DNA of 64,000 bases from a virus, in IMG/VR virus record IMGVR_UViG_3300020463_000008, positions 67,092 through 131,091 of that record, one strand, 5' to 3'. This document shows, piece after piece, positions 54,154 to 63,777 of the stretch. Position 1 is the first letter of the stretch; each line of letters opens with the position of its first letter. The notes under the pieces are model-generated. The model had not been told where the DNA came from. It ran no database searches and saw only the letters and a list, made by a program, of their open reading frames with translations. Position numbers and translations under genes: made by a program.

Positions 54154-55557
54154 TTACATCTCAACGATGATTTTTATATCTTCTATCTGGTCGCTTGCTC
54201 TGTTAATCGGTCTACGATTTTCTACATATAACATATCTCCACTATCAGGTTGAACTTCTGGGTTGTTTAAAGTAGCACTTGTGAAAGTAATACCTGTTGC
54301 CGAACCAGCAGCATCATTCATTGTGACAGTTTCTGCAGACTGAAAGTTTACTCCAGTTGGATTATCAGTAGCAGTTTGGATATATCTAATTGTAGATGTA
54401 CCTGTGTCAATAGAAATAATTCTACCAACAGCATTAGAAGTACCACCAGCAAAAGTTCTATCAACAACTAACGATCCACCAGAGAGTGAAGTGAAAGTCA
54501 TAGATTTAGTTGAACTCAATGTAGTAGCAGTAGCAGTCACAGTTCCACCAAAGTTGTATGGATCTCTAACTAATGTAATTCTTCTGTAATCGTTATCAAC
54601 TGGAAAGTCTCCAGTACCATCTGCATATTCTAAACGAACATTCATCATGGCATAGAAAGCACCTAACTCTTCTTCAGCATTCGCACCATGTCCACCTTTT
54701 GGTGATATGATTGCAGATGCAGCAGCAGCAGATCCGCCACCACCTGAAAAAGAAACATTAGCAAAAGTATAACCAGAACCACCATTAGTCACAGTAATAC
54801 CTGTGACAGTATTTGTACCACTATCATAAACTGCATCAGCAGCAGCACTTGAACCATCACCAGTAATTGCGACAGTTGGTGCACTTGAATAAGATGTACC
54901 ATTGTTAGTCACAGTGATATGTTCAATCTTACCATCAACTGCAGCTTGCTCAACTAGATATTGATTGTAGTAAGGATCAGTAGATCCTGGATTGGTTATT
55001 ACTTTTTTTGCAGGTACAAAGTCTGTAGATACAAACTTTAATACATCAGCAGGTGATACAGTGTACATATATTTCCATCTGTACGAATCAGCTGTAGATA
55101 TAATAGTTGTACCAGTTCCTGTTGGTTTTGTGGTGCTTTGTCCACCATTGTTGTTGTCTATGCACTTATAAACATTATACTCGTCTGTCACAACAAAGAA
55201 GTTAGCACTGAAAAGAGAAGTTGGTGTAGTACCTGCTCCACTGTCAATGTTTACTCCAGCTGTCACACCATTGTAATTATCTTTATAGATGTCATAGTAT
55301 TTGCCCGAAGTCCAGTTTCGTCTAGGAATCGCTAGAGTGACATCAGATGATTGAACTCTTTTCAAAGCAATCATGTCATCCCAACGATAGTACTCGCCAG
55401 AGACTGTATCTTTCGGAGTATCAGGGGAGTTGTCATCAGTCCATGCCTGTGGACGACCTATCCCCAAGTAGATGTTCGTTGCAGCAGATTCGGAAAAACC
55501 TTCCTGAAACGATTGCGCATTGTGAATGCGAAATTTACTTGTTATAATTGCAGCCAT
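54154..55557 (-). CDS. gp8: Baseplate wedge gp8
   Basis: YNVYKCIDN, YRWKYMY, YVENRRPINRASDQIEDIKII. Confidence 0.93.
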   Translation of the reverse strand: MAAIITSKFRIHNAQSFQEGFSESAATNIYLGIGRPQAWTDDNSPDTPKDTVSGEYYRWDDMIALKRVQSSDVTLAIPRRNWTSGKYYDIYKDNYNGVTAGVNIDSGAGTTPTSLFSANFFVVTDEYNVYKCIDNNNGGQSTTKPTGTGTTIISTADSYRWKYMYTVSPADVLKFVSTDFVPAKKVITNPGSTDPYYNQYLVEQAAVDGKIEHITVTNNGTSYSSAPTVAITGDGSSAAADAVYDSGTNTVTGITVTNGGSGYTFANVSFSGGGGSAAAASAIISPKGGHGANAEEELGAFYAMMNVRLEYADGTGDFPVDNDYRRITLVRDPYNFGGTVTATATTLSSTKSMTFTSLSGGSLVVDRTFAGGTSNAVGRIISIDTGTSTIRYIQTATDNPTGVNFQSAETVTMNDAAGSATGITFTSATLNNPEVQPDSGDMLYVENRRPINRASDQIEDIKIIVEM

Positions 55558-55588
55558 AGCTGTATTCTCCTGGATTAGTTAATTAAAA

Positions 55589-58264
55589 TTATGTTAATAA
55601 ATCCCACTTCAAGGTCGACGAATCGAAATTGTAAAGGGTTGTATCAAATTCTACACTGTCCGCATCAAAAGTGAATGCGATATCATCAAAGGTAAATGCA
55701 GGATCCTGTGTAGAGAATCTCAAACCTGATGCTGGTTGTTTAAATATACCAATCTCAGATTCGATCGCATAAGAAACTTGTGTATATGGACTATTTATAA
55801 TACTTGCAACTGTGACTTCAGAAAAATCTTTAATTTGTGTATTTCCATACTGTGAATAGTATCCTGAGTTTGGTTCTGGGTAAGTCAAACGAGGATCATC
55901 TTCAAGTCCATTAGTAGTAAAGGCAGGTGTGCCAGTGCTATTAGAATATTTAGTACCTGCTAAAGAGGGTTTAAAAGTGAACTTGTATCTATCAAGGTCT
56001 ATTAAATTAAACCCAGCTCGTCTTACCGAGCCATCAAATGGTGATGAACTTCTAATTGGTAGCTGTACTATCGGAGCTCTAGCAGGTCTTTGCATATCAT
56101 AAGCAACTCTATTAGCAATTTCTAATCTCTCATCATGTTCAACAGCTAGAGGAGATAGTTCTAATAGGTTTACTTCTGCTGGTGTTAAGTTAGGGAACTC
56201 TATCTCACTAACAAAGTCAGAAGTTTGTATTCTTAAGTTGAGTACAGTATCAACTAGTGCTTCTAGATTAATTGTAAATATTTGTTTTGCTAAGTCAGGT
56301 CTATGTTCATTAGAAGTATCAGGTCTGTATGCACCAATGGCTTTTAACTTTCCATCAACAAGCATCTTAATTAGTAAGTCTACAACATACCTTTTCTTTT
56401 GTAGGTCATTAATATTACCCATGACTGCAGCAAGAATAGTTTGTATCTGTACTTCTCCAAATAATGCTAATCCTATTGGGTGTAATAATTTTTTAACAGC
56501 ATCTCTGTACTGGTCAATCGACTGACCAACCTGAACAACATATGAGAAGTCTTGATAGAATCTAGAGTCTTGAATTTTTTTAGATGACTCTGAAATAAAT
56601 CCATCGGCAGTTAAGTATCCACCCAAGCCAGTACCTGAAGCACCAACTGATGTTGTAATGTTAGGATAGTTAATATCAACAATCTCACCACTACCACCTG
56701 ACGATGAAGTCACAGTATTATTATCTGCGAAGAAACCTGAAGACTCTTGAACGAAAGTATCTCTAGTTTCAGTTATCATTCTTCCACTTCCATCTTCAAG
56801 TGCGTATGGTAAAAATACATTTGGGTTATCTACTTTTAATACTTGTTTATTCGTATCAAATATATTTACTGTTCCTGTACATATTTGTTGGTTCTCTACT
56901 AACATGTCATCACCTGTTTCTAATTTAATTCCACCTGAACCATCTTCTATTGAAAGTGATTGCGCACTTAGTGTGACTGTGTCTCCCTGATTAAATGAAC
57001 CTGTAATATTTTGTAGAACAGCAATAGCTGGAACCGAAGCGATTGGTGGAACTTTATAGTCAATACCAAATCTAGATAATTCTATCTTTCTTAATTTACC
57101 AATCGTTGTTGAAGTAGCAACAACTTTACCACCTGCTCTATTTCCAGTTGTAGGTAAACTTAGAGAAGGAAGTCTATCGTAAAAAGCTCCAGGAGTTAAA
57201 ACTGTAATTGATTTGATTGCTCCCTCATCAGATGCTTCTTGTAAATCTATATCAAAATTATTTTCTTGTAGTAGTGTTCCTCCACCACCTGCGTTTCCTG
57301 ACTCTAGTGATACTGAGTCTCTATCAATATTAGTAATAGAAGCACGAGCAGATAATTGTGCGTTAGATCCAGGTCCACCTGTTCCTGTATTGTTAAAAAT
57401 TATTTCGTCATTTATTTTATAACCAGATCCTGCAGTTTCAATAGTCACTCCAGTAATACCACCAGAGTCAATCTCAGTTATCTCACCTCTTGCTTCACTT
57501 CCTGTTGGTGATACAATTGTAATTAAATCTCCAATATCATAATACGATCCACCTTGCTGAACATTAAATCCTGTAATAATTGAAACAACAGTTGCAGTAA
57601 TTACATTTTGAGTTGATGGTGCAGTTGCTGTTATAGTTCTAACTATAACTTCATCCTCAGATAAAAATGTTCCAGTAAATGATTCGTCATCTATTGTTAA
57701 ATCTGTGACAGTCTTAGAACCTATTTGAGTTGATACTGCATTCTCAACGAAAGCTGTGACAGTTCTAAATGTACCATCACCCACTGGTTGTGTTTGAGAT
57801 ATAGTAGCACCAATTAATTCTAATGGCGAACCACCTGTTGCATCAGTGACACGAATAACTGTATCAGCTGACCAAGTTCCTGACGATGGTCTTAGTAGTG
57901 CTGTCTTTGGAAAAAATAATTCTGCGTCTTCATTAAATAGAATACGAAATAAAAATTTGTAAGATTGTTCTGTACCTTTAGATCTATAGATATCTTGAAT
58001 TCTTTTTGCTAGTAATCTTTTATCAGTAAGTACACCTTGTGGTATAGGTTGCATAATCTCACTTTTAAAATGGTCAATAAACATATCAACTGTTGTATCA
58101 ATGTCACGAATGTCTTCTAATTGAGATTGTGGCAAGTAAGTACCTTGCATCCATTCATAGTATGCTTCAAGGAATGCTTTAAAGTTTGTGCTGTCGTCCG
58201 TGATAAAATCAGGTATCTGATTTCCAACTACAGTTGAGACTTTTGCTTTAACAGAACTTGGCAT
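55589..58264 (-). CDS. gp7: Baseplate wedge gp7
   Basis: FLEAYYEW, YRSKGTEQS, KIQDSRFYQDFSY, LHPIG. Confidence 0.88.
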   Translation of the reverse strand: MPSSVKAKVSTVVGNQIPDFITDDSTNFKAFLEAYYEWMQGTYLPQSQLEDIRDIDTTVDMFIDHFKSEIMQPIPQGVLTDKRLLAKRIQDIYRSKGTEQSYKFLFRILFNEDAELFFPKTALLRPSSGTWSADTVIRVTDATGGSPLELIGATISQTQPVGDGTFRTVTAFVENAVSTQIGSKTVTDLTIDDESFTGTFLSEDEVIVRTITATAPSTQNVITATVVSIITGFNVQQGGSYYDIGDLITIVSPTGSEARGEITEIDSGGITGVTIETAGSGYKINDEIIFNNTGTGGPGSNAQLSARASITNIDRDSVSLESGNAGGGGTLLQENNFDIDLQEASDEGAIKSITVLTPGAFYDRLPSLSLPTTGNRAGGKVVATSTTIGKLRKIELSRFGIDYKVPPIASVPAIAVLQNITGSFNQGDTVTLSAQSLSIEDGSGGIKLETGDDMLVENQQICTGTVNIFDTNKQVLKVDNPNVFLPYALEDGSGRMITETRDTFVQESSGFFADNNTVTSSSGGSGEIVDINYPNITTSVGASGTGLGGYLTADGFISESSKKIQDSRFYQDFSYVVQVGQSIDQYRDAVKKLLHPIGLALFGEVQIQTILAAVMGNINDLQKKRYVVDLLIKMLVDGKLKAIGAYRPDTSNEHRPDLAKQIFTINLEALVDTVLNLRIQTSDFVSEIEFPNLTPAEVNLLELSPLAVEHDERLEIANRVAYDMQRPARAPIVQLPIRSSSPFDGSVRRAGFNLIDLDRYKFTFKPSLAGTKYSNSTGTPAFTTNGLEDDPRLTYPEPNSGYYSQYGNTQIKDFSEVTVASIINSPYTQVSYAIESEIGIFKQPASGLRFSTQDPAFTFDDIAFTFDADSVEFDTTLYNFDSSTLKWDLLT

Positions 58265-58272
58265 TTATTTTT

Positions 58273-60120
58273 TTACCTTACTTTTGTGTGTACATAATCA
58301 GCAGAAGAAGTTGATTCTCCTGATGCTACTTTATCAGCTATTGCTGAGACAACGATATCTTCATTAGCAATACTTGCTAATTGGTTTCGTACAGAAACTA
58401 CATCATAAGAAGATGGCTCAATACTAATATTGATTGTTCCATTTGATAATGTAGTTCCACTTATACTTAAATTGTTTAGTGTGATTAATCCAGTTTCATA
58501 GTTTACAGTTCCTACAGTTGAAGCACTATAAACTTTTTCATTTCCACCTGTTAAGTAGTAAGTGTAAATATTTCCAAGAGCATCATCCTCTAAGAAGTAA
58601 ACTAGATTTGAACCACTTAGTGTAAACCCAGTTGAAGATATTGCTACATATGCTCTCAATGACTTTGCGTCATTATAGATTGGGTTGTTAATTGGTAGTG
58701 TATAAGTTGTTGCTACATTTAATGTAGGAGTTAAAACTTTTTTAAGATTAATTTGTGTAGAGTTAGAAATTATTGATACATCACTTGCATCAATCTCTTT
58801 ACTTAATGCAGAGAATCTAAATACAGAATCAAACTTATTTAAGTTTGCTGTATTAAAGTTTTGTACAACAGCATTAGCTTGTGATGCAATAGTTTCTTTT
58901 GCTTTACTTGTCACATTTTGATTATAGTAAACTGTTGATTGAACAATTATTCCTAGTGTATCAGGATCTACTATTTCAGGAATAACTGATACAAGGTTTT
59001 TAGATTTAATAATGTTGTTCGTAATATTTAATTTTGTAGATTCAGTAAGAGTAGTTCCTGACTTTGGCTTAATAGAAATATATGCTTTTCCATAAACTGG
59101 TGGATCGTTTTCTTCACCACCCCAAACTGATATCGCATCTACATTATCATAGAGCTGTGGTAGTATGACTTTGTAATCATCTGCAGTCACTGCTCTATTC
59201 TGTGCTGCGAAACTTTTTGGTGCATTAAATTTAATTGAGTCAATACTTTCTTGGTCTGCTCCACCACTTGCAGCTGAAGTAGTTGTAATATTTACTGTAG
59301 AAGATCCTAGACCTCCACCAGTGTATGTAAATAACTTAGAACCATTTGCAGCAGTTAATGAAGATACACAATATGAAACTTTTACTGTAGCACCATTTGG
59401 TGGAGCAAAGCCAACAGCTCCATCACCAAACTCTATCTCATATAATTTATCTTCAACTTCTTTCGTAAAGAATACTCTAGAAGATGGTCCAGCATTTACA
59501 ATGTTATCAACTAAGGTATAACCCAAGTATGCTGCATTGTTTGGATCTTCTTGAACTGAAACTCCAAGTGAAGTCATATCTGCGTTTGCATTCGCAACAA
59601 GATATCTAGTATTACTTGCAGCAGTATAAGTATTCGTCACCATAGTTCCTTCAGTAATTACAACTGCTGGGAATGTATAAGTGTTAGTGTTAGATTTACT
59701 AGCAGTGTATGCACTAGTAGTTTGAAAAGTATAAGCTGTTCCATCTACTGTAGATGTAAAGGTAGAAGCAGTTGGTAAAGTAAGTGTGTCAGGATTTCCT
59801 GAAACATTTGATACGACAAGTTGTATTGTAGCTGTAGGACATATAGCAGACTTCGGAGTATAACCTAACATCTTTCCAATACTTACAACTGATTCTCTTT
59901 TTGCAGCAGAATCTAAAAACATTTCATTTACTGACATGTTATGATACAAAGCATTATAGTGTGTGTTGTATGCAAGTACATCTAACAGAACAGAAATCCC
60001 TGCTCCTTCAAAATCAAAATCAGAAAACTGTGATTGTCCTCTAAGGTAATTTTTTAGATTTGTTTTGATACCATCAAAGTCTAACTCAGCAACTTTAATT
60101 CTTCTGTTTTGATCTGCCAT
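58273..60120 (-). CDS. gp6: Baseplate wedge gp6
   Basis: LDFDGIK, LAYNTHY, FGDG, QNRAVTADDY, WGGEEN. Confidence 0.96.
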   Translation of the reverse strand: MADQNRRIKVAELDFDGIKTNLKNYLRGQSQFSDFDFEGAGISVLLDVLAYNTHYNALYHNMSVNEMFLDSAAKRESVVSIGKMLGYTPKSAICPTATIQLVVSNVSGNPDTLTLPTASTFTSTVDGTAYTFQTTSAYTASKSNTNTYTFPAVVITEGTMVTNTYTAASNTRYLVANANADMTSLGVSVQEDPNNAAYLGYTLVDNIVNAGPSSRVFFTKEVEDKLYEIEFGDGAVGFAPPNGATVKVSYCVSSLTAANGSKLFTYTGGGLGSSTVNITTTSAASGGADQESIDSIKFNAPKSFAAQNRAVTADDYKVILPQLYDNVDAISVWGGEENDPPVYGKAYISIKPKSGTTLTESTKLNITNNIIKSKNLVSVIPEIVDPDTLGIIVQSTVYYNQNVTSKAKETIASQANAVVQNFNTANLNKFDSVFRFSALSKEIDASDVSIISNSTQINLKKVLTPTLNVATTYTLPINNPIYNDAKSLRAYVAISSTGFTLSGSNLVYFLEDDALGNIYTYYLTGGNEKVYSASTVGTVNYETGLITLNNLSISGTTLSNGTINISIEPSSYDVVSVRNQLASIANEDIVVSAIADKVASGESTSSADYVHTKVR

Positions 60121-60129
60121 CTTTTTTTC

Positions 60130-60288
60130 CTATCTTCCTTGTCCCCTATATTTTTTATAGGAAGCTCGTTTACTTTTATTCATTGTCGACATGCCAATCT
60201 TGACTTTTCGACTTCTGCCACCAGTTCCTTGACTCGTGGACTTCTTTGTAGTTGTATGTGCTACAAAGCTCTTTGCCATTTTAGCCAT
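60130..60288 (-). CDS. Small basic protein (52 aa) ending KKYRGQGR
   Basis: Manual translation; GGAGA RBS; not in ORF track. Confidence 0.75.
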   Translation of the reverse strand: MAKMAKSFVAHTTTKKSTSQGTGGRSRKVKIGMSTMNKSKRASYKKYRGQGR

Positions 60289-60306
60289 TATATAATTCTC
60301 CTAAAA

Positions 60307-60699
60307 TTATCTAGTTCGCTCCAATATCAAACTCACATCAATTGGAGTAAATGTATTTCTTATTTTAAATTTTATCTTTACATCTACAGATACATTATCA
60401 AGTCTGTAGTTGATTAGAACATCCAGTAGTTCCACTCTTGGTTCAAAGTTCGTAATCGTATCAGTAATAGTCTTACGAAGTATCTCTTTTGTCATAGGAG
60501 TAGCTGGTTCAAACAATAGTGAACGAATCGTACTTCCTATTTCAGAATGAAAAGGTCTCTCAAAGTTTTGAGTAAGCACCAAGTTCTTTACTGATTGCTT
60601 CACAGCATTCTCGTCATACTTAAATCCTATATCTCCAGTCACTGGATGTGCAGTGAAGTTTAAATCTAAGTCAGAAAATTGTCTAGTATTACTTGGCAT
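60307..60699 (-). CDS. gp25: Baseplate wedge gp25
   Basis: DLDLNF..HP, ERPF, NFEPRV, LERTR. Confidence 0.95.
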   Translation of the reverse strand: MPSNTRQFSDLDLNFTAHPVTGDIGFKYDENAVKQSVKNLVLTQNFERPFHSEIGSTIRSLLFEPATPMTKEILRKTITDTITNFEPRVELLDVLINYRLDNVSVDVKIKFKIRNTFTPIDVSLILERTR

Positions 60700-60718
60700 A
60701 CAACTATTTAGTTCTCAT

Positions 60719-63061
60719 TTAATCAGAACTGGTCCCTGGAAGTGTAGATGCCCAAATATTTGTTCCCTGAGTATTACTTGCAAAGGTCGAAGTCCCTGGA
60801 GCGAACATCTTAAAGATTAATTCTATCTGATTATTAAACCTAATGTTGTTTGCATAACTCTCAGATCCATCGTTTGTTCTATATGCTGTGTAAGTAGTAT
60901 AGATCGGATCTCCGTCTCCACCAAACCAGCATAGAATTCCAAGTGGTCCACAGTCTGTTCCTGTTTGTACTCGATAACTGTATTGTTCATAGTAGTCACC
61001 ATCTTTTATCTTAGCACCACCTGCTCCTCCTGGGATTAGCTGACTTCTACTTGCTCCGCAGTCTATCTTAATATGTACATAGCCACCCAGTGTTTGAGAT
61101 ACTCCTGTTTCAAAAGTCACTCGGCTATCTGTTTGTAAATCTACTCCACCATTTCCTGAACCATCAGGCATTATATCTGTACTCTGCCAAAGCGATCCCC
61201 AGTTTACATCCTGATTAAAGAATGTATTATTGTTATTACCAGTAGCAATACTGAATGTTTTCGGATTTACTCCAAAGTATGTAAAGTCTTTTGTTTGAGC
61301 TGGGCGAGTATCAACTACACCATTGCGTTTAGTTCTAAAGAACCAGAGGTGCCATGTAGATCCACAGTTGGTAGTATAAGGTTGCCCATTCACATGTTGT
61401 TTATTTCCATAGGTAGAATAATTATCATCACCAGCAACAGCAGGAGTCTGAGTGTATGCTCCATATAAATGATAAGGTCCAGTTGCAGCTTGATATGAAT
61501 AGTCAGTAGCAGGTGTCGTAGAGTAATTATGTGGGAAAGCAACTTGTGATATACCTTTAGAGCCACCTTGGAATGCTGCAGTTGCTACACTGTTATAATT
61601 GTAAGTATCAAACTGGTGACCAGTACTTGCCATACTATTTGTCAAGTTAGGTTTATCTCCAGCTGGTTGGTTTCGTATCATCTGTCTTTCATGATTATAG
61701 TTTAAGTCCGAAGAGTTTACTGCACCAACTAAGCTATTAATATCTTCATGTATAAATCCCCATACATAACCCATGCCCTCGACATAAACTAGATTCATTC
61801 CATTTAAACCCCATGCTTGGTTCTGTCCTATCGTACCTGTGATTGTTCCACCCATAGGAGTATCGCCATAGGCACCAGCATAGGCATAAGGGTATGTGGC
61901 TAGATTGCCTGTCGTGTATCCTTGGGGTAATACTGGATCGTTGGCTCTTTGATTATTACTTAATGACACATCTTCAAATCCATAAACACCTGCTGCCTTT
62001 AAAGGTCTGGCATAAACGAAAGCACTCTCAGTTTTCACCGAGCTATCTGCGATCGTAAAGTTAAGAGTTGCGGATCCATTGTCAAGTGCTACATTCATAA
62101 CTTCACTTCCTTCAAGTCGAGTAAAGTCTTCAGCGATTTTAAAATCAAAAGCATCTCCTGCTACTCCACTTCCTAGATCTCTTAAAGTAAAGGTAGAAGA
62201 AAAAGGAATCTGATTAATTGTTGTCTGCGTGCCTTGATAGTTGGCTATGTATTCTATGTCTACTTCGTCAAAGTTGCCTTGACCTGCTGATATAGTAAAG
62301 GGATAAGTATCGCCAATAATACCAGAGCCGACAGTCAGCTTAAAGTTGCCCACAGTTCCTTCCTGTGGAGTAAGAGTAGTTGTACCAAATAAACTAAAGA
62401 CTGGGTTGTTAGAAGTATCAGCTACAGCAATCGCCAAACTCTCATTCCCAGTAAAGGGTGTTTGCGTTGTGACTGTAATCGTAAAGTTCTCAGTGCCCTC
62501 TGTGACTTGGTCGGCAGCAAATTCAAATGCTTTAGTTTCCTGAGAGCCAACTACAAAGTTTCCAGTAAGAGGAGAAGAGGTTGCTGCAACTATATCGCCA
62601 GCAGTAATACCTGTGACCACATAAGGTACATTCGTGCCAGCTGGTAAATTCTGAGTAAGTAAACTGATGGTAGCAATATCACCCTCGTTGCAAGTATTCC
62701 CCACGGATGAAGTTAATATGTAAACAAAGGTCACACCACCTACATCTATATTCGTATCTTCTCCAGCTGTCTCACCACCACCACTGCTGAATACATTCGG
62801 ACTGCCTTCTGCAACTTGCGTGCAAGTCGGATCGCCGACTCTACCGATTCTTTTATTATTCGCAAAGACAGTAAGGTCACCCTGACTGATAGGTTGAGCA
62901 TGTCCAGGACAAGGAGTCCCAGGAAGTAAATGCCCTGTGTTTAAATCACCCTCTCGTGATACACCTATGCCATTGGCTTTCACATCGTCACTACCCTGTG
63001 CTCGTGTCATTGCCGAGCAATGCGTGACATCTGCGTCGCCTATTCTCGTGACTGCTGGCAT
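60719..63061 (-). CDS. PAAR (gp5.4-like) spike-tip protein with long C-terminal extension
   Basis: First ~93 aa: RIGD..H C...REGD...H...RVGD..C..GSPNVF; then Calx-beta-like repeats and an unknown domain. Confidence 0.85.
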   Translation of the reverse strand: MPAVTRIGDADVTHCSAMTRAQGSDDVKANGIGVSREGDLNTGHLLPGTPCPGHAQPISQGDLTVFANNKRIGRVGDPTCTQVAEGSPNVFSSGGGETAGEDTNIDVGGVTFVYILTSSVGNTCNEGDIATISLLTQNLPAGTNVPYVVTGITAGDIVAATSSPLTGNFVVGSQETKAFEFAADQVTEGTENFTITVTTQTPFTGNESLAIAVADTSNNPVFSLFGTTTLTPQEGTVGNFKLTVGSGIIGDTYPFTISAGQGNFDEVDIEYIANYQGTQTTINQIPFSSTFTLRDLGSGVAGDAFDFKIAEDFTRLEGSEVMNVALDNGSATLNFTIADSSVKTESAFVYARPLKAAGVYGFEDVSLSNNQRANDPVLPQGYTTGNLATYPYAYAGAYGDTPMGGTITGTIGQNQAWGLNGMNLVYVEGMGYVWGFIHEDINSLVGAVNSSDLNYNHERQMIRNQPAGDKPNLTNSMASTGHQFDTYNYNSVATAAFQGGSKGISQVAFPHNYSTTPATDYSYQAATGPYHLYGAYTQTPAVAGDDNYSTYGNKQHVNGQPYTTNCGSTWHLWFFRTKRNGVVDTRPAQTKDFTYFGVNPKTFSIATGNNNNTFFNQDVNWGSLWQSTDIMPDGSGNGGVDLQTDSRVTFETGVSQTLGGYVHIKIDCGASRSQLIPGGAGGAKIKDGDYYEQYSYRVQTGTDCGPLGILCWFGGDGDPIYTTYTAYRTNDGSESYANNIRFNNQIELIFKMFAPGTSTFASNTQGTNIWASTLPGTSSD

Positions 63062-63252
63062 CGTAGTTTTAACTCCTCTAATTTAAATGGAAAGGTTGCG
63101 AGATACTCATGGTTATGATTGCCCTCGTCATCCAGCTCCGATGGTTTAAATAAAATAATCTCAATAATATTATCAGGTATCTTATCATAGTCCGCAAAGA
63201 TCTTAACCTCTTTCGGATTCTCTTTCGTAATTACTTCGAATCTACCCCTCAT
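63040..63252 (-). CDS. Hypothetical protein upstream of PAAR
   Basis: YDKIP..I.F.P...H pattern; GAGGAG RBS before ATG 63252 (track start 63276). Confidence 0.7.
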   Translation of the reverse strand: MRGRFEVITKENPKEVKIFADYDKIPDNIIEIILFKPSELDDEGNHNHEYLATFPFKLEELKLRCQQSRE

Positions 63253-63433
63253 CAATCTCTCCTCGAATAAACTCAATCATCTCATCGCTGATATCATATA
63301 CAGTCGGATCGTCCTTACTCTCAAGTGCAGCTAACAGCTTCTGCTTGTCCTCGAGCGAAGCAGACTTATCAATTACCTCTCTCTGCCACCAGCTCTTAAA
63401 ATGATTTAATGTTGCTTTCATATTGTTTTCCAT
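63242..63433 (-). CDS. Hypothetical protein
   Basis: 63 aa ORF overlapping both neighbours. Confidence 0.6.
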   Translation of the reverse strand: MENNMKATLNHFKSWWQREVIDKSASLEDKQKLLAALESKDDPTVYDISDEMIEFIRGEIDEG

Positions 63434-63777
63434 TGTTCTCTTATCTTGGTTGCACTAATTGCCTGCGTGGCTTCGTCCAACACTTCTTCCTCAATCGTAT
63501 AACCCACTCCACGACCATAAGTAATATGCGTGATGTTGGGTACACCCTGTATCTCGTATTCCCGACCATACTCAAACCCAGCCAAACTTAATGCTCCTCG
63601 GATTCTCGCAGTTCTATCTCGTATCGTTAAGGGATTCTCATCAGTCCCATCTTCTTCACGCAATAATATTATAACTTGACCAGTTTTGGAAAGTGCTCTC
63701 TTAAATAACTCTGTATGCCCATCATGCCAGGGTTGAAACCGACCAAGGAGCTGTGTAGTTGCTTTGCTTCTATCCAT
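63418..63777 (-). CDS. HxGH-class nucleotidyltransferase (cytidylyltransferase-like)
   Basis: GRFQPWHDGH, NPL, YGRGVGY, ISATKIR. Confidence 0.88.
   Translation of the reverse strand: MDRSKATTQLLGRFQPWHDGHTELFKRALSKTGQVIILLREEDGTDENPLTIRDRTARIRGALSLAGFEYGREYEIQGVPNITHITYGRGVGYTIEEEVLDEATQAISATKIREQWKTI

Noticed and set aside
1150-63591. Plus-strand ORFs in the track (e.g. 20797-21183, 47744-48184, 60109-60417)
   Set aside because: Antisense shadows of well-supported minus-strand genes; low complexity and no recognisable motifs
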